Source of the DNA: an uncultured Methylomirabilota bacterium
Lineage (GTDB): Bacteria > Methylomirabilota > Methylomirabilia > Methylomirabilales > 2-02-FULL-66-22
Assembly: GCA_963845565.1 (NCBI GenBank)
Contig: CAWJSJ010000006.1
Location: 43,386 to 107,385, forward strand
Direction: 5' to 3'
Length of the DNA stretch: 64,000 bases
In this document: in pieces, positions 1-8,954 of the stretch
Numbering within the stretch: position 1 is the stretch's first letter
How the letters are laid out: each line of letters starts with the position of its first letter
Notes under the pieces: model-generated
What the model saw: the letters and a program-made list of their open reading frames with translations, nothing else
What the model was told of the DNA's origin: nothing
Databases searched by the model: none
Position numbers and translations under genes: made by a program

Positions 1-40
1 TCGAGAAGTCAATTCGTGAGTACGGTTGGTCCGTGGCCAA

Positions 41-72
41 ATCGACCATTCGACCAATCGACTAATTGACTG
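41..72 (+). repeat. Degenerate 8-bp tandem repeat overlapping the livG stop
   Basis: atcgacca ttcgacca atcgacta attgactg. Confidence 0.6.
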
Positions 73-811
73 TCTTCCCAAGGTACGCCTCGATGACCTC
101 TGGATTCCGCTGGATCGCGGCGGGATCGCCTGCGGCGATCTTGACGCCGTGGTCCAGAACCACCAGGCGATGGCAGACGTCCATCACCATGGGCATGTTG
201 TGCTCAATCAGGATGACGCTGACGCCTTCCCGGTTCAGGGTGCGGATCAGTTCGAGGAGCTGTTGGGACTCCTCGTGGCGAAGACCGCCCGACGGTTCGT
301 CGAGCAGGAGAAGCTTGGGTTTCAGGGCCAGGGCGCGCGCGATCTCCAGGCGTTTCTTCAGGCCAAGCGGCAGCGTGCCGGCCAAGCGGTCGTGCCCGGC
401 CGCGAGCCCCACCCGTGTCAGCAGAGCGGCGGCCGCCTGGCGATTGGCCGAGGTGGCGTAGACCATGGCGGAGCTTCGCAGCGCGGGATACGCCTGATGG
501 CCAATGGCCACCAGGACGTTGTCTGTGAGCGACAGCGTGGGGAAGGGGCGAACGATCTGGAAGGTGCGGCCGATTCCGCGGCGCGCAATCTCGAAGGGGC
601 GCTTCCCCTGGATGGCCTCTCCACGGTACCGGATGACACCGCGGCTCGGGTGGATCATGCCGGTGATGCAATTGAACAGCGTGGTCTTGCCCGCGCCGTT
701 CGGCCCGATGACGCCGAGGATCTCCCGCTCCTCGACGGCGAAGGCCACGTCCTGGAGGGCGGTTACGCCGTCGAATTCCTTCGTGAGAGAGTCAATCTCG
801 AGAAGCACCAC
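62..811 (-). CDS. livG: Branched-chain amino acid ABC transporter ATP-binding protein (LivG-like)
   Basis: Walker A GPNGAGKTT, LLLDEP Walker B, IEHNM H-loop, C-terminal VIEAYLG motif. Confidence 0.92.
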   Translation of the reverse strand: MVLLEIDSLTKEFDGVTALQDVAFAVEEREILGVIGPNGAGKTTLFNCITGMIHPSRGVIRYRGEAIQGKRPFEIARRGIGRTFQIVRPFPTLSLTDNVLVAIGHQAYPALRSSAMVYATSANRQAAAALLTRVGLAAGHDRLAGTLPLGLKKRLEIARALALKPKLLLLDEPSGGLRHEESQQLLELIRTLNREGVSVILIEHNMPMVMDVCHRLVVLDHGVKIAAGDPAAIQRNPEVIEAYLGKTVN

Positions 812-830
812 GGCGAAAACTCCGCAGGCT

Positions 831-930
831 AACCACAGATTTCACGGATTTCACAGAGGAAGCAGACCCCTTCCCGATAGACCCAGGATCCGAACCAGAA
901 GAATCTGTGTAATCTGCGTAATCGGTGGTT
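831..930. repeat. Solo 9-bp-periodic inverted repeat (GxxExxY-associated family)
   Basis: Left arm aaccacagat-ttcacggat-ttcacaga (831-857), right arm aatctgtgt-aatctgcgt-aatcggtggtt (902-930); loop contains cccaggatccgaac. Confidence 0.9.
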
Positions 931-971
931 CCAACGTGTCTTACCCGATTGTCGGTCGTGCATTTGTCAGG

Positions 972-1847
972 CTACGGTATACCGAGCGCCATCCCGCGCA
1001 CGAGGAGGCTCTGGTCCCCGAGGATCCCGTCCGGCTGGAAACGCATCAGCAAGAGCAGGAGGATTCCGTACAGGAGCGTGCGGTACTCCATGGCCGGCCG
1101 GGAGATCTCCGGCAGCGCGCCCAGGATGATCGCCCCCACGATGGGTCCCCGGAGCGTGCCGATGCCCCCGAACACGACCATCGAGAGAATGACCATGGAC
1201 TGGGCGAAGCCGAAATTGACCGGCATGATGAATGTCAGAAAATGGGCGTATAGACTGCCGGCCAGCCCCGCCCCGGCGCTCCCCAATGTGAAGGCCAGGA
1301 CCTTGAAGCGAACCACGTCGATCCCCATGGCGCCGGCCGCCTGCTCGTCTTCGCGAATCGCCGCCCAAGCCAGGCCGATCCACGATCGCGTGAGCCAGCG
1401 ATCGGCGGCGATCGTCACCAGAATCACGACGCACACCAGGATGAGGAATCCCGACTTGCCGATCTCCGCGCCAAAAACGCTGGGCGGTTCGATTCCACCG
1501 ATCCCCATACCGGCGCCGAAGAAGGGGATGTACAGGAAGACCGCCTCGATCACGAAGTTGATGCCCATCGTGGTGATGGCCAGGAAATCCTCGCGGACAC
1601 GGAGGCAGGGGATCGCCAGGATCGCTCCCACCAGGCCGGCCATGAGACCGGCGATAAGAAAGGACGGCCAGAAACTGAACCCCGCCTTGGTGAAGAGGAG
1701 GGCGGACGTGTACGCCCCGATCCCCATGAACGCGGCATGGCCCAGCGAGATCTGACCCGCGTAGCCCGTGATGATGTTCAGGCTGAGGGCCAGAATGATA
1801 TAGATCCCGATGGTGATCAGGACCGTGATCGTGTATCCGCTCAACAC
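972..1847 (-). CDS. livM: Branched-chain amino acid ABC transporter permease (LivM-like)
   Basis: GYAGQISLGHAAFMGIGAY, AIREDEQAAGAMGI, FGGIGT motifs; hydrophobic. Confidence 0.92.
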   Translation of the reverse strand: MLSGYTITVLITIGIYIILALSLNIITGYAGQISLGHAAFMGIGAYTSALLFTKAGFSFWPSFLIAGLMAGLVGAILAIPCLRVREDFLAITTMGINFVIEAVFLYIPFFGAGMGIGGIEPPSVFGAEIGKSGFLILVCVVILVTIAADRWLTRSWIGLAWAAIREDEQAAGAMGIDVVRFKVLAFTLGSAGAGLAGSLYAHFLTFIMPVNFGFAQSMVILSMVVFGGIGTLRGPIVGAIILGALPEISRPAMEYRTLLYGILLLLLMRFQPDGILGDQSLLVRGMALGIP

Positions 1848-1867
1848 CTGAGAAGACCCCTTGGGTT

Positions 1868-2009
1868 AACCACAGATTGCACAGATGACACAGATAGCAC
1901 AGATGCAGCCCCGGGGTCCGATACCGGGGAAATCTGTGTAATCTGTGGTTTCACGTAACACCGGAAGAATACCCCGTGGGCAACCACAGATTTCACAGAT
2001 TACACAGAT
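1868..2009. repeat. 9-bp-periodic palindrome plus 31-nt linker plus left arm, downstream of GxxExxY
   Basis: aaccacagat(nncacagat)x3 1868-1904; aatctgtgt-aatctgtggtt 1931-1950; linker 1951-1981; aaccacagat-ttcacagat-tacacagat 1982-2009. Confidence 0.92.
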
Positions 2010-2383
2010 GGGTCATGGCCGGACACAAACCTCCTGTGCTGAAGCGAAGGCGCCCCGAAGTTGAGGAGGAGGGCAATGCGTAGGCCTGATGCCTTCAGGT
2101 AATTGAGAACCTGAGCCTCGTCAACGACGGTTAATTGCCGGATAGCTTTCAGTTCCAGGATTACCGAATCAAAACATATGAAGTCCGCACGGTAGGTAGG
2201 GGAGAGCTTCTCTCCCTTATAAAAAACGGGAATCTCACTCTGCGCGCGAAACGGAACGTTGCGCAAGCCAAGTTCCTTGGCCAGGGCGTCCTGGTACACC
2301 GCCTCAAGAAAACCCGGACCGAGTATCCGGTGAACTTCCAACGCCGCCCCGATTATCGCGTGCGTCCTAGCATCCCTTTCCAC
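2000..2383 (-). CDS. GxxExxY protein (PD-(D/E)XK nuclease superfamily, PDDEXK_3-like)
   Basis: IIGAALEVHRILGPGFLEAVYQDAL (GxxExxY), RADFIC, ILELKA, EAQVLNYLKASG, LLLNFG. GTG at 2383 has GGGAG upstream; the ORF-track start at 2449 lies within the repeat region. The stop codon is inside a repeat arm. Confidence 0.92.
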   Translation of the reverse strand: MERDARTHAIIGAALEVHRILGPGFLEAVYQDALAKELGLRNVPFRAQSEIPVFYKGEKLSPTYRADFICFDSVILELKAIRQLTVVDEAQVLNYLKASGLRIALLLNFGAPSLQHRRFVSGHDPSV

Positions 2384-2407
2384 GTCGGCTCCCGATTCAA
2401 CTAGGGT

Positions 2408-2610
2408 AACCACAGATTGCACAGATGGGTTAGGACCCGGATCCTGCATTAATCTGTGTAATCTGCGTAATCTGTGGTTTCACGTAACACCGGAAGAATA
2501 CCCCGTGGGCAACCACAGATTGCACAGATTCCACAGATTCCACAGATGGCACAGATTTGGCCCCGGGTCCGAACACAGAGAAATCTGTGTAATCTGTGAA
2601 ATCTGTGGTT
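2408..2610. repeat. Two 9-bp-periodic palindromes joined by the same 31-nt linker, upstream of GxxExxY
   Basis: Hairpin 2408-2479; linker tcacgtaacaccggaagaataccccgtgggc 2480-2510; hairpin 2511-2610. Segment 2467-2521 is identical to 1938-1992. Confidence 0.92.
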
Positions 2611-2617
2611 TCGCGCC

Positions 2618-3475
2618 TCAGCCTTTTCCTAGCAGCCCGTGGGGGCGGAACATCAGGACCAGGATCATGGCCACGAACGCCAGGGCATCGCGCGGGAACG
2701 GGATGGCCACCACCCCGATCAGGAGCGTCTCTGCCAGTCCGATAAGGAACGAGGCCAGGACGCTTCCCGGGATGTTTCCCAGGCCGCCGAGGACGACGAT
2801 TGCAAGACACTTGTATGCGGGGATGCTGCCCATCGTCGGCCACACCTGATTATCGTAGACGCCGATGAGGACGCCCGCCGCACCGGCCAGGGCGGAGCCG
2901 ATGACGAAGTTCAAGGTGACTACCAGCCGGGTGTTCACGCCGAACGTCGAGGTGGTGTCGGCATCCATGGCGGTGGCCCGCATGCTGAGGCCGACGGCGG
3001 AGCGGGACAAAAGAAGCCAGAGGAGTCCGAGCAATCCCAGCGTCACAGTGAAGATCAGGCTCTGTGGAGAGCTCAGACGGAGCGGCCCGGCGCTCAAGGC
3101 GGGGAAATGGATCTCGGCATCGTAGGCCAGGGCATAGGGTCCTGCGACGATGCGGAATGCCTCCTCCATGGCGATGAAAAGCCCAATGCTTCCGATGAGC
3201 GGCACGATCCGCGGCAGATGGAGGAGCGGAGCGTAGAGGAACCGCTCCACCAGGACCCCGACCACGGCGCACACGGCCATGGCTACGGCCAGGCTCAGCC
3301 AGAAGTTCCCGAGGAGCCGGAATGCGACGACACCCGAGTAGGCGCCCAGGGCATAGATGCCCGCGTGGGCCACGTGGAGCACGCGCAGCACGCCGTACAC
3401 CATGGTGAGGCCCAGTGTGGTGAGGGCGTACACGGCGCCGGTGGCAATTCCATTGGCGATCTGCTGCCAAATCAT
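2618..3475 (-). CDS. livH: Branched-chain amino acid ABC transporter permease (LivH-like)
   Basis: QQIANGIATGAVYALTTLGLTMVYG, VVLGGLGNIPG, FRPHGLLG. Confidence 0.92.
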   Translation of the reverse strand: MIWQQIANGIATGAVYALTTLGLTMVYGVLRVLHVAHAGIYALGAYSGVVAFRLLGNFWLSLAVAMAVCAVVGVLVERFLYAPLLHLPRIVPLIGSIGLFIAMEEAFRIVAGPYALAYDAEIHFPALSAGPLRLSSPQSLIFTVTLGLLGLLWLLLSRSAVGLSMRATAMDADTTSTFGVNTRLVVTLNFVIGSALAGAAGVLIGVYDNQVWPTMGSIPAYKCLAIVVLGGLGNIPGSVLASFLIGLAETLLIGVVAIPFPRDALAFVAMILVLMFRPHGLLGKG

Positions 3476-3552
3476 GCGGAGAGCCTAGAATCGAGAGCCG
3501 AGAACGGCGAGCCACGAGCCACGAGCCGCGACTGACCGCTGACCGCTGTCGC
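3476..3552 (+). repeat. Degenerate heptamer array filling the whole livK-livH spacer (11 units)
   Basis: gcggaga gcctaga atcgaga gccgaga acggcga gccacga gccacga gccgcga ctgaccg ctgaccg ctgtcgc. Confidence 0.8.
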
Positions 3553-4716
3553 CTATTGTGCGGGCGTGATGACCTCGGGATTGTCCACCACGCCGTGGCG
3601 GCGGAACTTGCCGTTCTTCACGATCTGGAACTGGACGGGCTTCACGACCTCGCCCTTGACGAACTTGCTGATCTTGCCGGTGAGTCCGTTGTAATCCTTC
3701 GTCTCCAGCAGGGCCTTGATGACGTCCTGGCGATTCACGGAGCCGGCGCGGCCGACGGCGTTCACCAGGATCATGAAGGCATCATAGCTCGACGCGCCCA
3801 CCATGTCGGGGTCGATGTTGTAGGCTTGCTTATAGTTCTTCAGGTAGTTCTGCACCACCGGGCGGGGGTCGTCGCGGTCCAGATTGGTGGCGATGATCAC
3901 CCCTTCCGCGGTCCCCTTGGCCAGCTCGATGAACTTGGGCGAGTCGAACCCCTCCTCTGCGAGGATCGGGGTCGTGATGCCGAGCTCCTTAGCCTGCAAG
4001 GTCATCAGAGCGGCCACGTCATAGTACCCCGCAGCGAAGATGAGGTCTGGCTTGGCCTCCTTGATCCGTGTCAGGAACGGGCGGAAGTCCTTCTCGCCGG
4101 GGTACTTGTACACTTGCTGGAGCAGGACCTTGGCTCCGAGTTTCTCGGCTCGCTTGGCGAAGCCCGCCGAGATCTCGCGTCCGAAGTCGTTGTCCATGTT
4201 GAGGATGGCGGGGTTCTTGCTCTTCAAGACCTTGACGGCGTACTCGCCGGCCGCACCACCTTCGACTTCGCCGAGGAACCCGTTCCGGAAGTTGGAGTCG
4301 CTGCCCTTGGTCACGTCCGGGTGGACGGCATAGCCGGCGACCATGGGGACGCGCGCCTTGGAAAAGATCGGGGCGGTCACGCGGGTCGGACCGCTGTAGG
4401 AGCCACTGACCACGCCCACGACCTGGTCCCTCTCGATCAGTTTGTTGGCGATGGCCACGGCCTCTTGCGGGTTCAGCCGATCGTCGTACACGATCAGCTC
4501 GACCTTCTTGCCCATGAACCCGCCCGCCGCGTTGACCTCCTTGACGGCCAGCTCGACCGACTGCTTCGCACTCGCACCGTCGGCGGCGACCGGTCCGGTG
4601 ATGGGCGCGAAGAAGCCGATCTTGATTGTCTCTTGGGCGGTCGCCGGAACGACGAGATAGGTCGCCAACACGGCGACGGCGAGCAGCAGGGGCATAGCCG
4701 TTCGCATGTACTTCAT
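3553..4716 (-). CDS. ABC transporter periplasmic substrate-binding protein (LivJ/LivK family)
   Basis: Signal peptide, IKIGFFAPITG, LAVKEVNAAGG, DDRLNPQEA; AGGAGG SD upstream. Confidence 0.92.
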   Translation of the reverse strand: MKYMRTAMPLLLAVAVLATYLVVPATAQETIKIGFFAPITGPVAADGASAKQSVELAVKEVNAAGGFMGKKVELIVYDDRLNPQEAVAIANKLIERDQVVGVVSGSYSGPTRVTAPIFSKARVPMVAGYAVHPDVTKGSDSNFRNGFLGEVEGGAAGEYAVKVLKSKNPAILNMDNDFGREISAGFAKRAEKLGAKVLLQQVYKYPGEKDFRPFLTRIKEAKPDLIFAAGYYDVAALMTLQAKELGITTPILAEEGFDSPKFIELAKGTAEGVIIATNLDRDDPRPVVQNYLKNYKQAYNIDPDMVGASSYDAFMILVNAVGRAGSVNRQDVIKALLETKDYNGLTGKISKFVKGEVVKPVQFQIVKNGKFRRHGVVDNPEVITPAQ

Positions 4717-5051
4717 GATGCGGTCCTCCTTTTCGTGAGGTCAGATTCAACCGCGGTTCCGCCGAGTTCGGCCCTGGCACATGATCGCGGTAATTAGGCC
4801 ACGGAAGGGCAGCCCCCGTCAAGGGCCGACCAGCGTTGTGTCGGGGAATCAGGCAAGCGCCCCTTCGGCTTGCGAGCGACGCGGAGTTGCGCCGACGAAT
4901 CCTCGGCGGCCAACCATCGCGTCGCCGCCGGTGTCTCTGTCAAGGGAGATCCGAAGTCACTCCGGGCGTTGCGCAAGATCGCCACGCTGAAATCTGAATG
5001 CGAGATGCGGACTGGTGCCGCGCCCAGCGTCACTAGCGTCGCCAGGGAAGC

Positions 5052-5080
5052 TTGACAAGCATCGACGCAGAGAATAGGCT
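5052..5080 (+). promoter_or_regulatory. Putative sigma70 promoter for wzm-wzt
   Basis: TTGACA-N17-TAGGCT. Confidence 0.55.
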
Positions 5081-5224
5081 TCGCAGGAATCGCACCATCA
5101 CGTCTTTTTGATGGCACTCCAATCATGGGGACGCCGCCCATTGCCATCCGCGTCGAGTATTCCGTCTTGCACGGCGGAGTGACGCGACTATCGTTTCGTT
5201 TGACCGGCTTGGGACCTGACCTCT

Positions 5225-6004
5225 ATGCGCTTTCCGACTACGCGGGAACGGGAGTATCTGAAGGACCTCCTTGTCGTCTTGACGCAAAAGGAGGTCAAGC
5301 TGCGTTACAAGAGCAGTTGGCTCGGGTACCTGTGGTCCGTCGCAAATCCGTTGGCGTTTGCCGCTCTGTATTTCGTCGCATTCAGCGTTTACATGCGGGT
5401 GGATATCCCGCGGTATCCGTTGTTCCTCATTGCAGGGCTGTTCCCTTGGCAATGGATCGCCAATTCGACGGGCGCCGCACCGAACCTTTTTTTGACAAAC
5501 ACGAGCCTGATCAAAAAGATCAGGTTCCCACGAAATGTCCTGGTTGGGGCGGCGGTCCTGAACGATGGCATCCATTTTCTGTGCTCCATCCCGGTCCTGG
5601 TGGGATTTCTTCTGGCGTACGGCTCTCGCCCGTCGTGGTCCTGGCTGATTGGCATTCCGGTCCTCGCGCTGGGACAGTCGTTGCTCGTGTACGGACTCGC
5701 CTTGACCATAGCCAGCCTGAATCTTTTTTTCCGGGACCTGGAACGCCTCACGACACTCGTCGTCACGTTTCTATTTTTCCTGACGCCGATCGTTTATTCG
5801 GAATCCATGATTCCCGAAAAGTACCGTGCTCTTCTCTATCTCAATCCGGTTGCCCCGCTTATTCTGAGCTGGCGAGAGCTTTTCCTGTCCGGCGGTCTCG
5901 ATTGGTCCGTCATTTCCCTCGGGTATCTCTACGCGGCCGGAGTGTTTGTGGTCGGGTCGCTCATCTATATGAAACTGTCGTGGAAGTTCGCCGAGGTCGT
6001 ATGA
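5225..6004 (+). CDS. wzm: Polysaccharide ABC exporter permease
   Basis: KLRYKSSWLGYLWSVANPL, FRDLERL, FLTPIVY, YLNPVAPLI. Confidence 0.92.
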   Translation: MRFPTTREREYLKDLLVVLTQKEVKLRYKSSWLGYLWSVANPLAFAALYFVAFSVYMRVDIPRYPLFLIAGLFPWQWIANSTGAAPNLFLTNTSLIKKIRFPRNVLVGAAVLNDGIHFLCSIPVLVGFLLAYGSRPSWSWLIGIPVLALGQSLLVYGLALTIASLNLFFRDLERLTTLVVTFLFFLTPIVYSESMIPEKYRALLYLNPVAPLILSWRELFLSGGLDWSVISLGYLYAAGVFVVGSLIYMKLSWKFAEVV

Positions 6005-6738
6005 CCGCCGTACGGTTTGAGCATGTGTCCAAGTCGTATCCGATCTATAGCCAGATCTTGACTGGGCTCAAGGCGTCTCTGCTGAATGTGCCCCAGACGA
6101 TCCAACGGTTCAAGCGGCACCGGTTTATGGCATTGGATGATGTGTCGTTTGAGGTCGGGCAGGGAGAATCGGTTGGCGTGATCGGGTCGAACGGGTCGGG
6201 AAAAAGCACGACCCTCGCGTTGACCGCCGGCGTTCTGCGGGCGCAATCGGGCAGGGTCGAGGTCCGGGGGCGCGTGTGCCCATTGCTCGAGCTCGGTGCG
6301 GGATTTCATCCCGAGTTGACCGGCCGCGAGAACATCCTTCTCAATGGTATCCTCCTTGGACTCACGCGGCGAGAGATCCTCGCACGAATGGACGAAATCA
6401 TCGCCTTCAGCGAGCTGGAATCTTTCCTCGACCAGCCGCTCCGTACGTACTCCAGCGGCATGTACGCCCGGCTAGGCTTCTCGGTTGCCGTGCATCTGGA
6501 ACCCGAAGTGTTTTTGATCGATGAAGTTCTGGCCGTCGGCGATTTGCGGTTTCAGGCGAAGTGTCGGGAGAAGCTTGAAGAATTCAAGAAGCGCCGTGTC
6601 ACCATCGTGCTCGTCTCACATTCGCTGGCCGAAGTGCGCGGTTTCTGCGAGCGTGTGATCTGGCTGAAGGACGGAAAAGTCGCGGCCGACGGGGAGCCGG
6701 GTTCTGTCATCGCTCGGTACGAGGCAGCCATGGCTTGA
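6001..6738 (+). CDS. wzt: Polysaccharide ABC exporter ATPase without C-terminal carbohydrate-binding domain
   Basis: ATGA overlap with wzm; GSNGSGKST, LELGAGFHPELTGREN, YSSGMYARLGFS, IDEVLAVGD; 245 aa. Confidence 0.92.
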   Translation: MTAVRFEHVSKSYPIYSQILTGLKASLLNVPQTIQRFKRHRFMALDDVSFEVGQGESVGVIGSNGSGKSTTLALTAGVLRAQSGRVEVRGRVCPLLELGAGFHPELTGRENILLNGILLGLTRREILARMDEIIAFSELESFLDQPLRTYSSGMYARLGFSVAVHLEPEVFLIDEVLAVGDLRFQAKCREKLEEFKKRRVTIVLVSHSLAEVRGFCERVIWLKDGKVAADGEPGSVIARYEAAMA

Positions 6739-6815
6739 CAACGCACGCGGGGCGCGGGAGGAGGCGAGGGCATCTTCGTGTCCGGTGCACCGTTCAGAAG
6801 GAAGGCCGTGAGGTC

Positions 6816-7776
6816 TTACGGTTTGCGCCCAAGGACAGCGTAATCCTGGGGGCCGTGAAAATATTCATTGAAGCGCTCGGCGAGGTTGGAACCGTGCACT
6901 TGGGCTCTCTCCGGATAAGGATGGAGGGGGACAACCTCGACAGCCGTGAAACCCTGCATCTCCATCACGAACTGCATCAGACCCGCCGGAATTGGTCTTC
7001 TGTGGGTGGGATCCAGGTAGAAGGTGCAGCTGCCCACCATCACGTTTTGAGGATTGGGCGTTTCGAAGATGGCAAGCCCTCCCGGTTTCAGGACGCGGTG
7101 CGTTTCGTCCAAGAGGGCTAACAGCACATCGAAAGGCAGGTGTTCGATGATGTGAAATCCCGTCACGGCGCCAACGGCCATGTCGGGAATGTTCCGCAAG
7201 TAGGAGAGCGCGTCCTCTTCGGCGATCTCGAGACCCATTTCGCGGCACCGTGCGATGGACACGCGATTGCAGATCAGCCCCTCTCGCCTTCAGCCCTTCG
7301 TCCCTGAGCAGTTCAAGCCATTCACCTCGTCCGCAACCGAGATCAACGATGGGCATAGCCTCCGTTCCGACTCCGGCTGCCCGGACCCGGGGAAGATGAG
7401 CGCGCAGGCGCATCTTGATGTCCTCCCGGCTCCCGCGAAACCGATCCTGAAACGCCGCATACCAGGCGTCGCGCGCATGCGCCTCCTCTTGCGCTGCCTG
7501 CGCAGATTGAGCAACTGTCGTGGAGTCGTCACCAGGGCTCTTTGTGTTGGGGAGTCGGGCGTCGAAGCGTCCTTGTTGGAGATGGAGGGCCGATGTGAGA
7601 TAGGAGATCTGGCGCAGGTCCTTGTTTCGTTCTTGCTGCAGCAGCTCGATTCGCATTTCCAGTTCCGTGATCGCTTGAGACAATCGTCCTAACGGGTCAG
7701 TTGCGGTGTGGTTGGGGTCGATCGGCTTGGTGGTGAAAAGGCGGGAGAAGCGGCGGATCACCTTCGTGATAAACAA
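6816..7776 (-). pseudogene. Coiled-coil plus class I SAM methyltransferase (glycan chain-end methyltransferase-like), +1 frameshift near 7270
   Basis: YAAFQDRFRGSREDIK and DLGCGRGEWLELL lie in one frame; FHIIEHL and FETPNP..FYLDPTH..P lie in another. Removing one G in gat ctg caa restores D-L-N-R. TTG start at 7776 with GGAGG. Confidence 0.8.
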
Positions 7777-8200
7777 GGCAAGCCTCCATCCCTCACCGTG
7801 ATAGCTCGTCAACGCGGGTGGCTTCAGCGGAAGCCCGAACACTTTTCCGCCGCCCCGGCGGCGCCCACGTCCCCCGGCGCGCGAGACCTTCCTTCCCAGA
7901 GTGCTCCGCGGCGTCCACCTCCGGCTCCCCGGGTCCGACCGAGGTGGAGACTCAAACCGGGGCCGAGGCGCGGGGCTACGATGGACCGTAGCACCGAGGT
8001 CAGATCGTGTCAAGGCGCGCTCGGCCGCGTGAGAGGCCGAGCTCCTCATGATACTTGTTCTCGCGCGTCCCCTGTCGTACAATCCAACGCTAACGCGTCT
8101 CTCCCTGTAGGCAGGCAGAGGAATCGGTGTCTTCCAATTCCACCAGGCAGCGGAGATTCGACGTTCAACCGATAGGGGACGATGGTCTGCCGGATTACCT

Positions 8201-8954
8201 ATGCCTATGAGAGATGGGTCAGCGCTCAACGCCACATCACTTCGCCCCACCGGGTTGCCCTATACTTTCAAACCCGACCAGTATTCATCTCATGCCGCTA
8301 TCGCCAGCACGATTCGGGAACGCGCCACGCAGGCTCGGGATGAGCCCTATTGCGTTCTGGACATCGGCTGTGCCTATGGCTTCTTGAGACCATACCTGCC
8401 TGCGCCGCGTTTCTACTTGATCGGGGTGGAGCGTGACGAGAAGGCAGCCGACCAGGCACGGGCCTCTTATGACGAGATATACCTGGCGGACATCGTGACG
8501 GCGCGGCGCCTGCCCCTTCGTTGCCCTGTGAACACCATCGTATTCGGCGACATCTTGGAACACGTGGCGGATCCGCTCATGGTGCTGCAGTCGGTGCACC
8601 GGGATTATGCCGGCAACACCACCCAGGTAGTGATTTCTCTGCCCAATGTTGCGCATCTGTATCTGCGGACTCAACCTGTTGCTGGGCCGATTCGAATATG
8701 CGGACCGAGGGATCATGGATCGCACGCACCTCCGCTTCTTCACGCTCAGCACGGCCCGGCGACTTATCGCGGACAGCGGGCTGCAGCTTCGGTCTGTCGG
8801 TGCCACTCCCGTTCCCTTGCCGCTGATTCATTCGGCGTTTGGGGAAGGCCGTCTTCTCTTTCCGTTGCATCGGATCAACAGCCTGCTCGCAAAGACGTTC
8901 AAGACCTTCTTGGCGTATCAATTCATTCTGGAGGCGGATCGTGGAGGAGGTTAG
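8201..8954 (+). pseudogene. Class I SAM methyltransferase, +1 frameshift at about 8669
   Basis: LDIGCAYG, FGDILEH, ISLPNVAH, then LLLGRFEYADRGIMDRTHLRFFT in the next frame; extra A in cgg-a-ctc-aac. Confidence 0.82.

Noticed and set aside
1868..2610. CRISPR array
   Set aside because: Repeats alternate in orientation, vary in length and have identical linkers; no cas genes in the window.
2430..2849. ORFs containing TTDFTDYTD / ICVICEICG / SVESVESV peptides
   Set aside because: These are translations of the 9-bp repeats overlapping livH, not credible genes.
5125..6000. N-terminal extension of the 537-aa ORF
   Set aside because: Out-of-frame overlap with wzm; Wzt starts at ATG 6001.
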